Source: Candidatus Aminicenantales bacterium (GTDB taxonomy: Bacteria > Acidobacteriota > Aminicenantia > Aminicenantales > UBA4085). Taken from it: DNA of 64,000 nt. The DNA lies in the NCBI GenBank assembly GCA_049515535.1, contig JBEKTZ010000003.1, forward strand, positions 1-64,000. Direction: 5' to 3'. The number at the start of each line of letters is the position of its first letter. The stretch's first letter is position 1. Below the pieces are notes generated by a model. It saw only the letters and a program-made list of their open reading frames with translations, was not told where the DNA came from and searched no databases. This document shows, piece by piece, positions 17,087 through 28,844 of the stretch. Position numbers and translations under genes: made by a program.

Positions 17087-17764
17087 TTATTTATTTTTTC
17101 CGCTGATCAATAGCGTCAATTCTCCCTTAAGTATTCTATTTTCGATCGAATTCATGACCTCTTGCGCACTTCCTCTTATGAATTCTTCGTAAATTTTGGT
17201 CAGTTCCCTTGCGATCACGACCCTTCTGTCGCCCAATATTTCCCGCACGGCCCGCAGAAAATCAACGGCTCTTCGGGCCGGCAAATAAAATATAAGCGTG
17301 GCTTGTTCGTCCCGAAGAGACATCAGTAATTTTTTACCGGCCTCCTTTTTCGGCGGAGGGAACCCAATGAATAAAAAACGGTGAGTGGGAAGGCCTGAGG
17401 CGGAAAGGGCCGCGGTCGAAGCGGTCGGGCCGGGAATGGGAATGACCCTGATCCCTTCTTTGAGGGCATCGCGGACGAGCCTGAATCCCGGGTCCGAAAT
17501 GCCCGGAGTGCCCGAGTCCGAAACGAGCGCCATGTCCTTGCCCCTTTTGAGAATGTCCAGGATGAGGGGGATTTTTTGACCCTCTCTGGGCTGATAATAG
17601 CTGATTAGCTCTTTTTTGATCCCGTATTTATTCAGCAGCTTCAATGTTTGGCGCGTGTCTTCGCAGGCGATGGCCGCGACTTCGCCCAATACGCGGACCG
17701 CGCGGAACGTGATATCTTCAAGGTTGCCGATGGGTGTGGCGACGATATAAAGCGATCCGGACAA
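17087..17764 (-). CDS. rsmI: 16S rRNA C1402 2'-O-methyltransferase
   Basis: LYIVATPIGNLEDIT, CEDTR, VSDSGTPGISDPG, RELTKIYEE. Confidence 0.96.
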   Translation of the reverse strand: MSGSLYIVATPIGNLEDITFRAVRVLGEVAAIACEDTRQTLKLLNKYGIKKELISYYQPREGQKIPLILDILKRGKDMALVSDSGTPGISDPGFRLVRDALKEGIRVIPIPGPTASTAALSASGLPTHRFLFIGFPPPKKEAGKKLLMSLRDEQATLIFYLPARRAVDFLRAVREILGDRRVVIARELTKIYEEFIRGSAQEVMNSIENRILKGELTLLISGKNK

Positions 17765-17768
17765 GGCT

Positions 17769-18587
17769 TTATTTGTCCCAGTCGTAAGGATAGAGGAAAT
17801 CGTGGCCGACCGTGCGCGAAGAGATCTTGGCGATCGGCGGGGTCTGCCTCTTGAACTCCGATCCTTTGATCTTGGCGATAATCTTCAGGACGCGGCTTTT
17901 CTTGATGCCGCGGGCGACGATGTCTTCAACCGGCTCGCGCCCATCGACGAGGTGGAAAAGGATCTCGTCGATTTCCGCGTAGGTCATTCCGATCTCGTTT
18001 TCATCCGTCTGGCCGGCCCAGAGCCCCGCCGTCGGCGGTTTCGACTGAATTCTTTTGGGAACGCCGAGATAGGCGGCCAGCTGGCGGACCTGGGTTTTGA
18101 AGAGATCGCCCATCGGATTGATGGCGCAGGCCATATCCCCGTGGATCGTTCCGTATCCGATCAACAGCTCGGTTTTGTTGCTGGTGCCGAGGATGAGCGC
18201 TTTTTCCCTGGCCGAGTGATCGTAGAGAATCGACATCCGCTCGCGGGCCATCTTGTTTCCGCGCAGAACGAGGTTTTTGGTCGGCTGCGTTTCGAAATAC
18301 GCGTCCACCACAGGCGCGATATCGATGGTTTTCGATCGGATTTTGAGGCGCCGGGCCACGTCCCGGGCGTCTTTCATCTCGCCGCCGAAGCTTCCTCCGT
18401 AGGGCATGATCAAGCCGATGACGTTCTTCGGCCCCAGAGCCCGGACCGCGAGATAGGCGCATACGGTGGAATCGAGCCCTCCGCTCAGGCCGAGGATGCC
18501 CTTTTTGAATCCGGACTTGGACAGCTCGTCCTTTATGAACGTGGCCAGGATCCTGGCCGCGAACCCGCAATTAATCGTCAAAGCCAT
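17769..18587 (-). CDS. nadE: NAD+ synthetase (synthetase domain only)
   Basis: GLSGGLDS, GNKMARERM, GTSNKTE, GYGTIHGD, PTAGLWAGQTDE. Confidence 0.95.
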   Translation of the reverse strand: MALTINCGFAARILATFIKDELSKSGFKKGILGLSGGLDSTVCAYLAVRALGPKNVIGLIMPYGGSFGGEMKDARDVARRLKIRSKTIDIAPVVDAYFETQPTKNLVLRGNKMARERMSILYDHSAREKALILGTSNKTELLIGYGTIHGDMACAINPMGDLFKTQVRQLAAYLGVPKRIQSKPPTAGLWAGQTDENEIGMTYAEIDEILFHLVDGREPVEDIVARGIKKSRVLKIIAKIKGSEFKRQTPPIAKISSRTVGHDFLYPYDWDK

Positions 18588-19425
18588 GGACGATCCTTTG
18601 GAGGGCCTCGAGGGTCACTTCAGGCTTGTCGTCGCGCTTGAACGGCCAGTTCTTTCGCGCTTTCCGAACCTCGTTCATATCGATCTCCCGGATGACGAGC
18701 TCCGGCTCGAAATACGCCGCCTGGGACAGACGCTCGCCCATTGGATTGAAGATAAACGATCCGCCGGCGAAAACGACTCCGTCCTCGATGCCAACGCGGT
18801 TGCAATACAGGACGAAGGCCTGCGAAAACCGGCCCATCGCTTCGCCCATCAATTCCCACATCCGGCTCGAGGCGAACCCCTTGTCGCCGGAGAGTCCACG
18901 GCCGGGAGCCGCGCTGATGGCGATCATGGTTTCGGCCCCTCCGGCGTATAAAAGGTAACTGGCATTATAATGGAGAAAGTCGCGGCAAATCAGCAAGCCC
19001 ATTTTCCCCCAGGGTGTGTCGAAGGTCCGGAAATTGCGGCCCGGGGCGAAGAAACGCGCCTCCTCGAACAGGCCGAAGGTCGGAAGGAAAACCTTGCGGT
19101 GAATATGGAGAATTCTCCCTTCGGCGCAAAATGCGGCCGAATTGTAAAAAAGGCCTTTTTCCGCCGGCCGCTCTTCGACGAAACCGAAGACGAGAGCGAT
19201 GTCCTTGCTTCGGGCCTTCAACGCGCGGATCTCCCGCGCTTTTTCCGGGTCCACGGCCACGGTCTCGACGAGGTCCCGGAGTTTATATCCGGTCAAGCTC
19301 AATTCGGGAAAGACGAGGAGATCGACGCCGGCTTTCCGGGCTTTTTCGATGGTCTGGAGATGGAGATCGAGATTCTTCTTGATGTTCCCGAGCCGCGGCG
19401 CCATTTGGGCCAGAGCGATTTTCAT
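18571..19425 (-). CDS. Nitrilase/CN-hydrolase; probable glutaminase subunit of NAD synthetase
   Basis: FPELSLTGY, HRKVFLP, LICRD (E-K-C triad); overlaps nadE start. Confidence 0.88.
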   Translation of the reverse strand: MKIALAQMAPRLGNIKKNLDLHLQTIEKARKAGVDLLVFPELSLTGYKLRDLVETVAVDPEKAREIRALKARSKDIALVFGFVEERPAEKGLFYNSAAFCAEGRILHIHRKVFLPTFGLFEEARFFAPGRNFRTFDTPWGKMGLLICRDFLHYNASYLLYAGGAETMIAISAAPGRGLSGDKGFASSRMWELMGEAMGRFSQAFVLYCNRVGIEDGVVFAGGSFIFNPMGERLSQAAYFEPELVIREIDMNEVRKARKNWPFKRDDKPEVTLEALQRIVHGFDD

Positions 19426-19578
19426 AAGGTCAACTTAGCACAAAATAGGGGCGGGGCTCAACCCCTTGATATCGGCAAGGCCGCCGGCTCTCCTCCGCGT
19501 CGCTTCTTATGGGAAATTTCGGATTTCATTTTCCCTGTTGAGGACGGCCGGGTTTTCGGATAAAATAGGACGCGGCCC

Positions 19579-21015
19579 ATGGATCATATCGCTCATATCC
19601 TCAAAGAAATTCATTTCAACCGGAAGACCGGGCATCTGAGTTTTCGCAAGGACGATGCCCAAAAGAGCCTGTATTTCCAAGACGGCAGTCTGATCTTCAC
19701 CAAGACGAACGTCCCCGACGAGCGGCTGGGCGAAATCCTATTTCACATGGGGAAGATATCCGAAGAGGCCTATCGGACCATTCCCCATCTCCTCAGTCCC
19801 GGGGCCATGCTCGGGGAGACCCTCCTTAAAAAGAAATTCCTTTCTCAACAAGACCTCTATGACGGCCTCGTCGCCCAAATGACCGCGATCAGCCTCAGCC
19901 TTTTCCCGATTTTTGACGCCGAGATATCCTTCCGCGAGCGAGGGAGATTCGTCGACGACAGTCTCGATCTGAAAATGAACATTCCGGCCTTGATCGAGCG
20001 CGGAATCCGGGAAATGCCGTTTCATCCCTCCCTGAAAGCGTTCTTGGAGGACAAGATCCCGGTCGCCAAAGAATCGGAAAACCTTCAGCTTTTGACGGAC
20101 GAAGAAAAGCCCTGGCTCGATCTTATGGACGGCCGGAAAGACGCCGGTTCCTTGTTGGCCCTTCACGTCGGCAGCCCGGAAGAATTCTGGAAGATGCTCT
20201 ATTTGTTTGACTGCCTCGATGTGGCCGTCATGCGGGAAGTCCCGCTCAAGAAAGACAAAGAGTCCGGCGCGGAACGGTCGAAGGCCGATGAAGACGCCAG
20301 ACTCCGGGAGGCGATCGATCTCCTGAAGAGACTTCCCGAGTTGAATTATCATCAGATTTTGGACGTTCCGCCGAACGCCGATGAAACGGAGATCAAGAAG
20401 GCCTATTTCAAGCTCGCCCGGAAATTCCATCCGGACCTTTTCGGCCGGAATCTATCGCCGGAATTCAAGCGTCAAATCGACGAAGTTTTCGCCCAGATCA
20501 CCAAGGCTTACCGGACTTTGATAAGCAAGGAACCGCGAGCCGCCTCCGCCGTCCAGCCCTCCGGCGCGGTGGCAGATGTCGAACGGGACAGGTCGAAAAA
20601 CGCCGAGATCCGGTTTCGCCAGGGAAAGACGCTCTTCAACCAGGGCCGCTTCGAGGAAGCGATCAGCTTCATGGAGGAAGCGACGAGGCTCAAAGACGAC
20701 AAGGGCGATTATTATCTGCTGTTAGCCTTGGCCCAATCCCGAGTCCCCGCCTTGAGCAAAAAGGCCGAGAAGAATTTTTTCAAATCCACCGAGCTCGAGT
20801 CGTGGAATCCCGAAGGCTATATCGGCCTGGGCTTATTGTATAAAAAAGAGGGGCTGCTCGCCCGGGCCAAAAAACAGTTCGAGCGGGCCCTGGAGATCGA
20901 TCCCGAGCATAAGACCGCCCGGCACGAACTTCGATTGCTGTCGCAAACTTCCGAAGGAAAAAAGGGGCTCAAAGGGATCTTGACCATGGACCTGTTCGGG
21001 CCCAAGAAGAAATGA
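19579..21015 (+). CDS. DUF4388-like + DnaJ-domain + TPR protein
   Basis: KTGHL...RLGEIL N-terminus; IKKAYFKLARKFHPD J-domain; C-terminal TPRs. Confidence 0.8.
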   Translation: MDHIAHILKEIHFNRKTGHLSFRKDDAQKSLYFQDGSLIFTKTNVPDERLGEILFHMGKISEEAYRTIPHLLSPGAMLGETLLKKKFLSQQDLYDGLVAQMTAISLSLFPIFDAEISFRERGRFVDDSLDLKMNIPALIERGIREMPFHPSLKAFLEDKIPVAKESENLQLLTDEEKPWLDLMDGRKDAGSLLALHVGSPEEFWKMLYLFDCLDVAVMREVPLKKDKESGAERSKADEDARLREAIDLLKRLPELNYHQILDVPPNADETEIKKAYFKLARKFHPDLFGRNLSPEFKRQIDEVFAQITKAYRTLISKEPRAASAVQPSGAVADVERDRSKNAEIRFRQGKTLFNQGRFEEAISFMEEATRLKDDKGDYYLLLALAQSRVPALSKKAEKNFFKSTELESWNPEGYIGLGLLYKKEGLLARAKKQFERALEIDPEHKTARHELRLLSQTSEGKKGLKGILTMDLFGPKKK

Positions 21016-21068
21016 GGAGCTCGAACTCTCCTCGGTGAGAGCGATGGCTCCTCCCGTCCCCTCCGACA

Positions 21069-23105
<2,037 letters not shown>

Positions 23106-23135
23106 TCACTCCGACATTGTAACGATTATGGGCGC

Positions 23136-23184
23136 AAAAAAAAATCCCTTTGTTTCACCCTGTCCGAGGGCGAAACAAAGGGAT
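23136..23184 (-). terminator. Intrinsic terminator after TPR gene
   Basis: ATCCCTTTGTTTC...GAAACAAAGGGAT stem with adjacent A-tract (U-tract on minus strand). Confidence 0.7.
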
Positions 23185-23203
23185 GGGGGCGTTTCGGGCG
23201 TTT

Positions 23204-24373
23204 TTACTTGACGCCGAGCTTTTGTTTTTCCTCGGCGAGGATTCTGGTGAAACCTTCGGTCGCGGCCTTGTGCTTGGCCTGGAGATCGTCGAGGGTCTTC
23301 TGCTCCTTGTCGATGTTTTCCTTGATTTTGCGGTATTCGCGCTTCTCGTCCGAAGACAGCTCGTCTTCGCTCTTGTTTCCGAACCTGGTGTTGATCGTCT
23401 TGACCCAATCATCGATGAGCTGTTTGCTGTCCTGCATGAGCTTCACCCGGTTGTTGTATTCCTTGTCATGCCCGAGAAAGAGGTTTTCAGCCATGCTCAT
23501 GGCGTCTTTATATTTGGCGGAGAGAAGGGCGGCGTCAATGAGATACCGGATGGCGTCGTTCAACAGGGACGGGTTCGCCTTGGCTTCCTTGGCCAGGGTG
23601 ATGCCGATATTATAAGCCAGGTCGGCGGACTTGCTCCTGCCGAAGGCTTCTTTCCACATGGTCATGGCTTCATCCGTTTTTCCCTCTTTGTAGAGGCATT
23701 GAGCGATCAGCGTCTGGCTTTCCGCGTCCTTGGGATTGGCCTGGACGAGGAAGCGGAAGACCCGTTCAGCGTCTCCGTAGCCCTTGGCGTCGTACAGGTC
23801 TTTCGCGAGTTTTTTCAGATCGCTGAGGATTTTGGGATCCTTGAGGATCGCATGGGAATTGATATAGGAATCGATGGCCGCTCTCGTCTCCCGGGATTTG
23901 TGCTGGGCCTGGCCCAGGAGGTAGTGCCCGGCGCCGATCATGCGGTTCCAATGGGGCGCCTCGGGTTCCTTGCTCTTCGCGGCCGTGGCGATCTGGATGA
24001 TCTGGTTGGCATAGGCTTTCGCTTTGTCGTAATTCTGGCCTTGCTTCGTGTAGGTGTACGACAGGGACATCAGGACCTGACATTTCATAACGTCGTCCAG
24101 CCCTCCGAGGGTCAGAGCCTTTTCTCCGTAGTTGATCGTTTCCTGATCCGTTTTGCCCGGCCAGCCGATCGTGCAAAGGTTGGCGTTGGCGTAGTTGTCA
24201 TATTTATTGCCTTGGCCGCCGTATTTGGCCAGGAATTCCTTGAGGAGAGTCGCCCGCTCCACGGGCGTATTGGCCTGCATGGCCTTGATGTAAGCTTCGT
24301 CGCCGGGATCTTGGGCCAGGGAGATTCCGCAAATAAAAGTTAATACGAGCACCGTCAAAATGGCTTTTTTCAT
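23204..24373 (-). CDS. Exported TPR/coiled-coil protein
   Basis: Signal peptide MKKAILTVLVLTFICGISLA; helical TPR-like repeats. Confidence 0.75.
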   Translation of the reverse strand: MKKAILTVLVLTFICGISLAQDPGDEAYIKAMQANTPVERATLLKEFLAKYGGQGNKYDNYANANLCTIGWPGKTDQETINYGEKALTLGGLDDVMKCQVLMSLSYTYTKQGQNYDKAKAYANQIIQIATAAKSKEPEAPHWNRMIGAGHYLLGQAQHKSRETRAAIDSYINSHAILKDPKILSDLKKLAKDLYDAKGYGDAERVFRFLVQANPKDAESQTLIAQCLYKEGKTDEAMTMWKEAFGRSKSADLAYNIGITLAKEAKANPSLLNDAIRYLIDAALLSAKYKDAMSMAENLFLGHDKEYNNRVKLMQDSKQLIDDWVKTINTRFGNKSEDELSSDEKREYRKIKENIDKEQKTLDDLQAKHKAATEGFTRILAEEKQKLGVK

Positions 24374-24483
24374 TCCTTACCTCGCATCAAATTTTGGGGG
24401 ATAATAGCTCACATCCCCCGAAATGTCAATAAAGGGACCGTTCAGGGGGTCCCTATGATCTGGCATTTTCCGCTGATATAAGC

Positions 24484-24500
24484 AGCAACCGGCGTGCCAA
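24484..24500 (-). promoter_or_regulatory. sigma54 (RpoN) -24/-12 promoter
   Basis: Minus strand TTGGCACGCCGGTTGCT = TGGCACG-N4-TTGC consensus, ~110 nt upstream of the TPR gene. Confidence 0.65.
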
Positions 24501-24626
24501 GATATGAGAACCCGGGGGATAAATCCGCTTTTCCCTCGTTCAAATCCATCGGCGATAGACCTCGCGCTTTCTCCTCGCAATCTCTTCAAATGGAAAAAAG
24601 CTCCAAGTTCGGATAAAATGCTTTTG

Positions 24627-25574
24627 ATGAGCGCCCCAGCGGAAGATTTTCCACGCCTGTTTCTCGAAGCCGTCGGAAAACCCGTGCAAGAGAGGGTCCC
24701 GCTCCGGAATTATTCGAATTTCCGGATCGGCGGGCCGGCCGATTATTTTTTCGAGGCGACGGCCCTCGTGGATCTGAAATCCGCCATCCATTCCGCTCGC
24801 GCCTGCGGGGTCGCTTTCCATGCCATCGGAGGCGGGTTCAATCTCTTGTTCGACGACAATGGATTCCGGGGGTTCATTCTCAGAAACTCCGTCCGTGGAG
24901 TGACCATGGACGACCGCGGCACCCGGCTTGAAGCCGCGTCGGGAACGCCGATCGGAGATCTGGTCGATTTCGCCTTGGCCGAGAGCCTCGAGGGTTTTGA
25001 ATTTCTGGCGGGCATCCCGGGCACCGTCGGCGGAGCCGTTTTCGGGAACGCCGGAGCGTTTGGAGAATGCATCGGCGATTGTCTTGAAGAGGCGGTACTT
25101 CTCGGGGTCGACGGCGCGGAGTCCCGCGTTCAGCGGATCTATTTCGCCTTCGCCTATCGTCATTCGCGGCTCAAGCTCGGGCGCGACATTCTCTTGGAAG
25201 CGAAGTTCCGGCTGCGGCCGGGCCGCGCTGATAGGATCAAAGCGAAGATTGTGGAGAATCTCGCGGTCCGGGCCGAGAAGCATCCGCCGCGGGATACGGC
25301 CTACGCTGGGAGCTACTTCAAGAACCCCACGCTTCCCGACGGGACGAGAGCGGCGGCCGGTCTTCTTTTGGAACAGGCGGGAGCCAAGGATCTCAAGATC
25401 GGAGGCGCGGCGGTCTATCCCGGACACTGCAATTTATTGCTCAACACGGGCGGCGCGACGGCGCGCGATATTCTTGTCCTGGCCGCGGAGCTGAAAGAGC
25501 GGGTGAAGGACAAGTTCGGGATCGAGCTCGAGGAAGAGGTTATGTTCCTTCCAGCGCGCGCTTCAGGGCTTTGA
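24627..25574 (+). CDS. murB: UDP-N-acetylenolpyruvoylglucosamine reductase
   Basis: FRIGGPA, GIPGTVGGAVFGNAGA, AGSYFKNP, LEEEV; start uncertain (24618 or 24627). Confidence 0.95.
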   Translation: MSAPAEDFPRLFLEAVGKPVQERVPLRNYSNFRIGGPADYFFEATALVDLKSAIHSARACGVAFHAIGGGFNLLFDDNGFRGFILRNSVRGVTMDDRGTRLEAASGTPIGDLVDFALAESLEGFEFLAGIPGTVGGAVFGNAGAFGECIGDCLEEAVLLGVDGAESRVQRIYFAFAYRHSRLKLGRDILLEAKFRLRPGRADRIKAKIVENLAVRAEKHPPRDTAYAGSYFKNPTLPDGTRAAAGLLLEQAGAKDLKIGGAAVYPGHCNLLLNTGGATARDILVLAAELKERVKDKFGIELEEEVMFLPARASGL

Positions 25575-26406
25575 TTTTTTCCGGGGGAAGATTTCTCTTC
25601 TCGGCGAGCTTCGAGGCTTCCCGGCCCAGGGTTCGATAGATTTCGCGCGCGGAAGGAATTTTCTCGAGCGCCGCGAGATGCCGGCGGACGGTCGCGGCAT
25701 CTCCGCGGGAAATGGGGCCCGTGAGCGCGCTCGCCCTGTCAAAATGTTTTACGGTCTGTAAAGTTCCTTCGACGAGCGGCCAGAGGATTTTCACGGCCGC
25801 CTTGTCCTCGATCCCGGCCCGCCGGAGCAGAGAGCAGGCCGTATCGAAGAGAGGGACAAAGAGGTTGGCGGCCATGCTGCAGGCGGCATGGTAGAGGATC
25901 TTGTCCCGCGCCCGGATCGGAAGCGGCCGGGCGCCCAGGCTTCGGGCTATCCGCTCGGCTTCGCGACGCGCTCTTTCATCCCCCTCGATGCCGATATAAA
26001 TATCTCGAAAATGACGAGGCGGCATATTTTTCCGGGGAAACGACTGGACGGGATGGAAGGAGGCGCAGAACGCGCCTCGGGCTTTGAGCGCCGCCAGGAC
26101 CTTCGAAGAAAGGATCCCGCTCGTATGAAAAACGAATTTTCCCAGCCAATCGATGGGAGCCCGGGCGAGCGCTTTCGCGACCTGTTCGATCTCTTCATCG
26201 GGAACGCATAAAAAGACGGTGCCGGCCGCCGCGGCGGCCTTGGCGGCGTCCGTCGTCGCTTTCCCTTGCCCGATGACCCGACGGCTTTCCCGGGCCGCCG
26301 CGGGCCGATGGTCGGCCAGCCAGCGGACAATGAACCGTTTTCCGGCCAGGGCCAGGCCGAGCGACGTTCCCATCCGCCCCGCGCCGATGATCGTCACGCC
26401 GGTCAT
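25540..26406 (-). CDS. Rossmann-like/DUF2520 oxidoreductase (PanG-like)
   Basis: IIGAGRMG, HTSG, SFHPVQSF, YHAA, ALTGPISRGD. Confidence 0.85.
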   Translation of the reverse strand: MTGVTIIGAGRMGTSLGLALAGKRFIVRWLADHRPAAARESRRVIGQGKATTDAAKAAAAAGTVFLCVPDEEIEQVAKALARAPIDWLGKFVFHTSGILSSKVLAALKARGAFCASFHPVQSFPRKNMPPRHFRDIYIGIEGDERARREAERIARSLGARPLPIRARDKILYHAACSMAANLFVPLFDTACSLLRRAGIEDKAAVKILWPLVEGTLQTVKHFDRASALTGPISRGDAATVRRHLAALEKIPSAREIYRTLGREASKLAEKRNLPPEKIKALKRALEGT

Positions 26407-26882
26407 TTGTCCTCCTTGAAGACCTGGCTCCAGAGACGGACTTCGAGCGACGTCGGCCGGGCCTCGTTTTTCTCCATTTCCTTTTCCCTCTTCCGCTCCT
26501 TGAGCGCGCGGTTGAGCTCGGCGCTGAACTCCCGGGAGGTCAGGACGGAAGCGCCCCTGCGTCGCGCATCGGCTTTGATTTCGCGGTCCGAGCTCACGAC
26601 GGACATTTTCCTCAAATCGGTCCGACCCGACAGGATGTCCCGGATGGCCGCGTCCGCGCTCTCGCCGGCGGGCGGGTAAATGATGTCGAACCGGTCTTCG
26701 GCCATGGCCATCCCGTCCGCGTCCGCGGACGGCGCGCCGTCGAAAACGAGAATGATGCGCGCCTTTTTCGAGCGCTTGAAGGCGAGGAGCCGCCGGACGA
26801 GTTTCAATTTATTATCGGGGTCCCTGTGACGGCCGGGGAACAAATGCCCCAGAAGGTTGTTGCCGTCGATGAGATAAGCCAT
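26403..26882 (-). CDS. YacP-like NYN-domain ribonuclease
   Basis: YLIDGNNL, LVFDG, ADAAI, VVSSDREI. Confidence 0.85.
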   Translation of the reverse strand: MAYLIDGNNLLGHLFPGRHRDPDNKLKLVRRLLAFKRSKKARIILVFDGAPSADADGMAMAEDRFDIIYPPAGESADAAIRDILSGRTDLRKMSVVSSDREIKADARRRGASVLTSREFSAELNRALKERKREKEMEKNEARPTSLEVRLWSQVFKEDK

Positions 26883-26895
26883 GGCGAGATTCGCC

Positions 26896-27240
26896 TTATC
26901 CCGGCGGCCAGGTCATTTTCCGTCCGCCGAGGAGATGAAAATGGAGGTGGAAGACTTCCTGTCCCGAATCGCGCGCCGTGTTCAGGACGATGCGATAACC
27001 CGAGCGGTCGACGCCCTTGTCCGCGGCGATCGCGCGCGCTTTCATGAGGATATGGGCCAGGATATCGGCCTTGCCTTCGGGGACGTCGTTGAGCGAGGCG
27101 AAATGGTCCTTCGGAACGATCAGCGTGTGGGCCGGGGCCTGGGGCCGGATGTCGTCGAAGGCCAGGATGCGATCGTCTTCATAGACGATCTTGGCCGGGA
27201 TCTTCTTGCCGATGATCTTACAGAAAAGACAATCCTCCAT
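26896..27240 (-). CDS. hinT: Histidine triad nucleotide-binding protein
   Basis: DCLFCKI, DIRPQAP, HLHFHLL triad. Confidence 0.93.
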   Translation of the reverse strand: MEDCLFCKIIGKKIPAKIVYEDDRILAFDDIRPQAPAHTLIVPKDHFASLNDVPEGKADILAHILMKARAIAADKGVDRSGYRIVLNTARDSGQEVFHLHFHLLGGRKMTWPPG

Positions 27241-27367
27241 GTCGCACCTCATGGGCCTTTCGCCGTATTCCGGCCGCGGGCCGAAAAAGCCGCCGCCGCG
27301 ACGATCCGGTCATCGATATGAATATCCTTCTTCCCCGCCTTTTCCTAGGGAGGAGGGTGGAGAAGGA

Positions 27368-28636
27368 TTATGGCTGTCCTTTGAGCCGCTCGATCCTGGC
27401 CCCGAGGACCTTGAGCTTTTCCTCGATCGCCTCGTAGCCGCGGTCGATGTGCTCGACCTCGTTGACGATGGTTTCGCCGCCGGCGATCAACCCGGCCAGG
27501 ATGAGGGACGCGGAAGCGCGCAAGTCCGTGGCGATCACTTCAGCCCCAGAAAGTGGGGTCTTGCCGCGGACGACGGCCTTGTCTCCTGATACTTCGATGT
27601 TCGCGCCGAGCCGAAGCAGTTCGTTCACGTGCGAAAACCGCCGGTCGAAAATGGTTTCGGTGATGATGGACGTCCCCAACGCTTGCGTCATGAGGACCAT
27701 GAACTGGGCCTGCATATCGGTGGGGAAGCCGGGGTAGGGAGAGGTCGTGATGTCCTGGGGTTTGATCTCGGGGCTTCCCGTGACGCGCACGGTCTTGTCC
27801 CCATCGATGTCGATGGCCGCGCCCGAATAACGCAGCTTTTCGATGATCGTCGTGAGATGGCCGGGTTCGGCGCCGGTGAGGGTGATGTCGCCCGGCGTCA
27901 GCGCGCCCGCGACAAGGAACGTCCCGGCCTCGATCCGGTCGGGGATGATCTCGTGAACGGCGGCGCCCAGCGCTTCGACGCCGTTGATCCGGATGATCTC
28001 TTCGCCGATCCCTTCGATCCGGGCCCCCATTTTCAACAGGAGCTCGCAGAGATTCGAGATCTCGGGTTCTTGGGCGCAGTTGCGGAGGATCGTTTCCCCG
28101 CGGGCAAGAGCGGCGGCCATGATCAGGTTCTCCGTGCCGGTGACCGTCTTTTTTTCGAACCGGATTTCGGCGCCCTGGAGCCGCCCGGCCTCGGCTTTGA
28201 TGTAGCCGTGTTCGAGGACGATGTTCGCGCCCATCCTTTGCAGGCCGGCGATATGGAGATCGATCGGACGCGAGCCGATGGCGCAGCCGCCGGGCAGAGC
28301 GACGATGGCCTTGCCGAAACGGGCCAGCAAGGGGCCCAGAACGAGAATGGAGGCCCGCATGACGCGGACGAGATCATAGGACGCCTCCTCGGACCGGACC
28401 TTTTTGAACTGGATCGTCAACGCGTTCTTGTGGAGATCGTATTCCGAGCCCAGCTCGGTCATGAGCTTGAGCATGGAAAAGACGTCCTTCACCAGCGGGA
28501 TGTTGTTCAAGAGAAGTTTTTCGCCCGTCAGGAGGGAAGCCGCGATGGCCGGAAGAACGGCGTTTTTCGAGCCGCTGATCCGGACGTTTCCCTTGAGCCG
28601 CAGATGATGATTTCCGAAGATCCGAATCTTTTCCAC
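27368..28636 (-). CDS. murA: UDP-N-acetylglucosamine 1-carboxyvinyltransferase
   Basis: ISGSKNAVLP, MRASILVLGPL, LPGGCAIGSRP, PGFPTDMQ, TDLRA; start set at GTG 28636. Confidence 0.97.
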   Translation of the reverse strand: MEKIRIFGNHHLRLKGNVRISGSKNAVLPAIAASLLTGEKLLLNNIPLVKDVFSMLKLMTELGSEYDLHKNALTIQFKKVRSEEASYDLVRVMRASILVLGPLLARFGKAIVALPGGCAIGSRPIDLHIAGLQRMGANIVLEHGYIKAEAGRLQGAEIRFEKKTVTGTENLIMAAALARGETILRNCAQEPEISNLCELLLKMGARIEGIGEEIIRINGVEALGAAVHEIIPDRIEAGTFLVAGALTPGDITLTGAEPGHLTTIIEKLRYSGAAIDIDGDKTVRVTGSPEIKPQDITTSPYPGFPTDMQAQFMVLMTQALGTSIITETIFDRRFSHVNELLRLGANIEVSGDKAVVRGKTPLSGAEVIATDLRASASLILAGLIAGGETIVNEVEHIDRGYEAIEEKLKVLGARIERLKGQP

Positions 28637-28723
28637 GGAAGGAATTGTAGTCGATCGGAGCCCAAAATTCAACCTGAGCGAAGAACCCGCCCGCTCCGCC
28701 GCGCCGCGTTCCCGACAGCGGAC

Positions 28724-28810
28724 GGGGCCCCGGGCTTTGCCCGGGGGTCCACTTCCGCGGTACTCGCCCGTGGATATAAGCCACGGGCGAGTGGCGAGCC
28801 GAAGGCTCGT
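28724..28810. repeat. Cluster of three GC-rich hairpins (REP/PATE-like)
   Basis: CCCCGGGC-TTT-GCCCGGGG; ACTCGCCCGTGG-N7-CCACGGGCGAGT; CGAGCC-GAA-GGCTCG. Confidence 0.6.
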
Positions 28811-28844
28811 CCCTTGACGACCGCCGGCGATGAGATAAAAGGAA

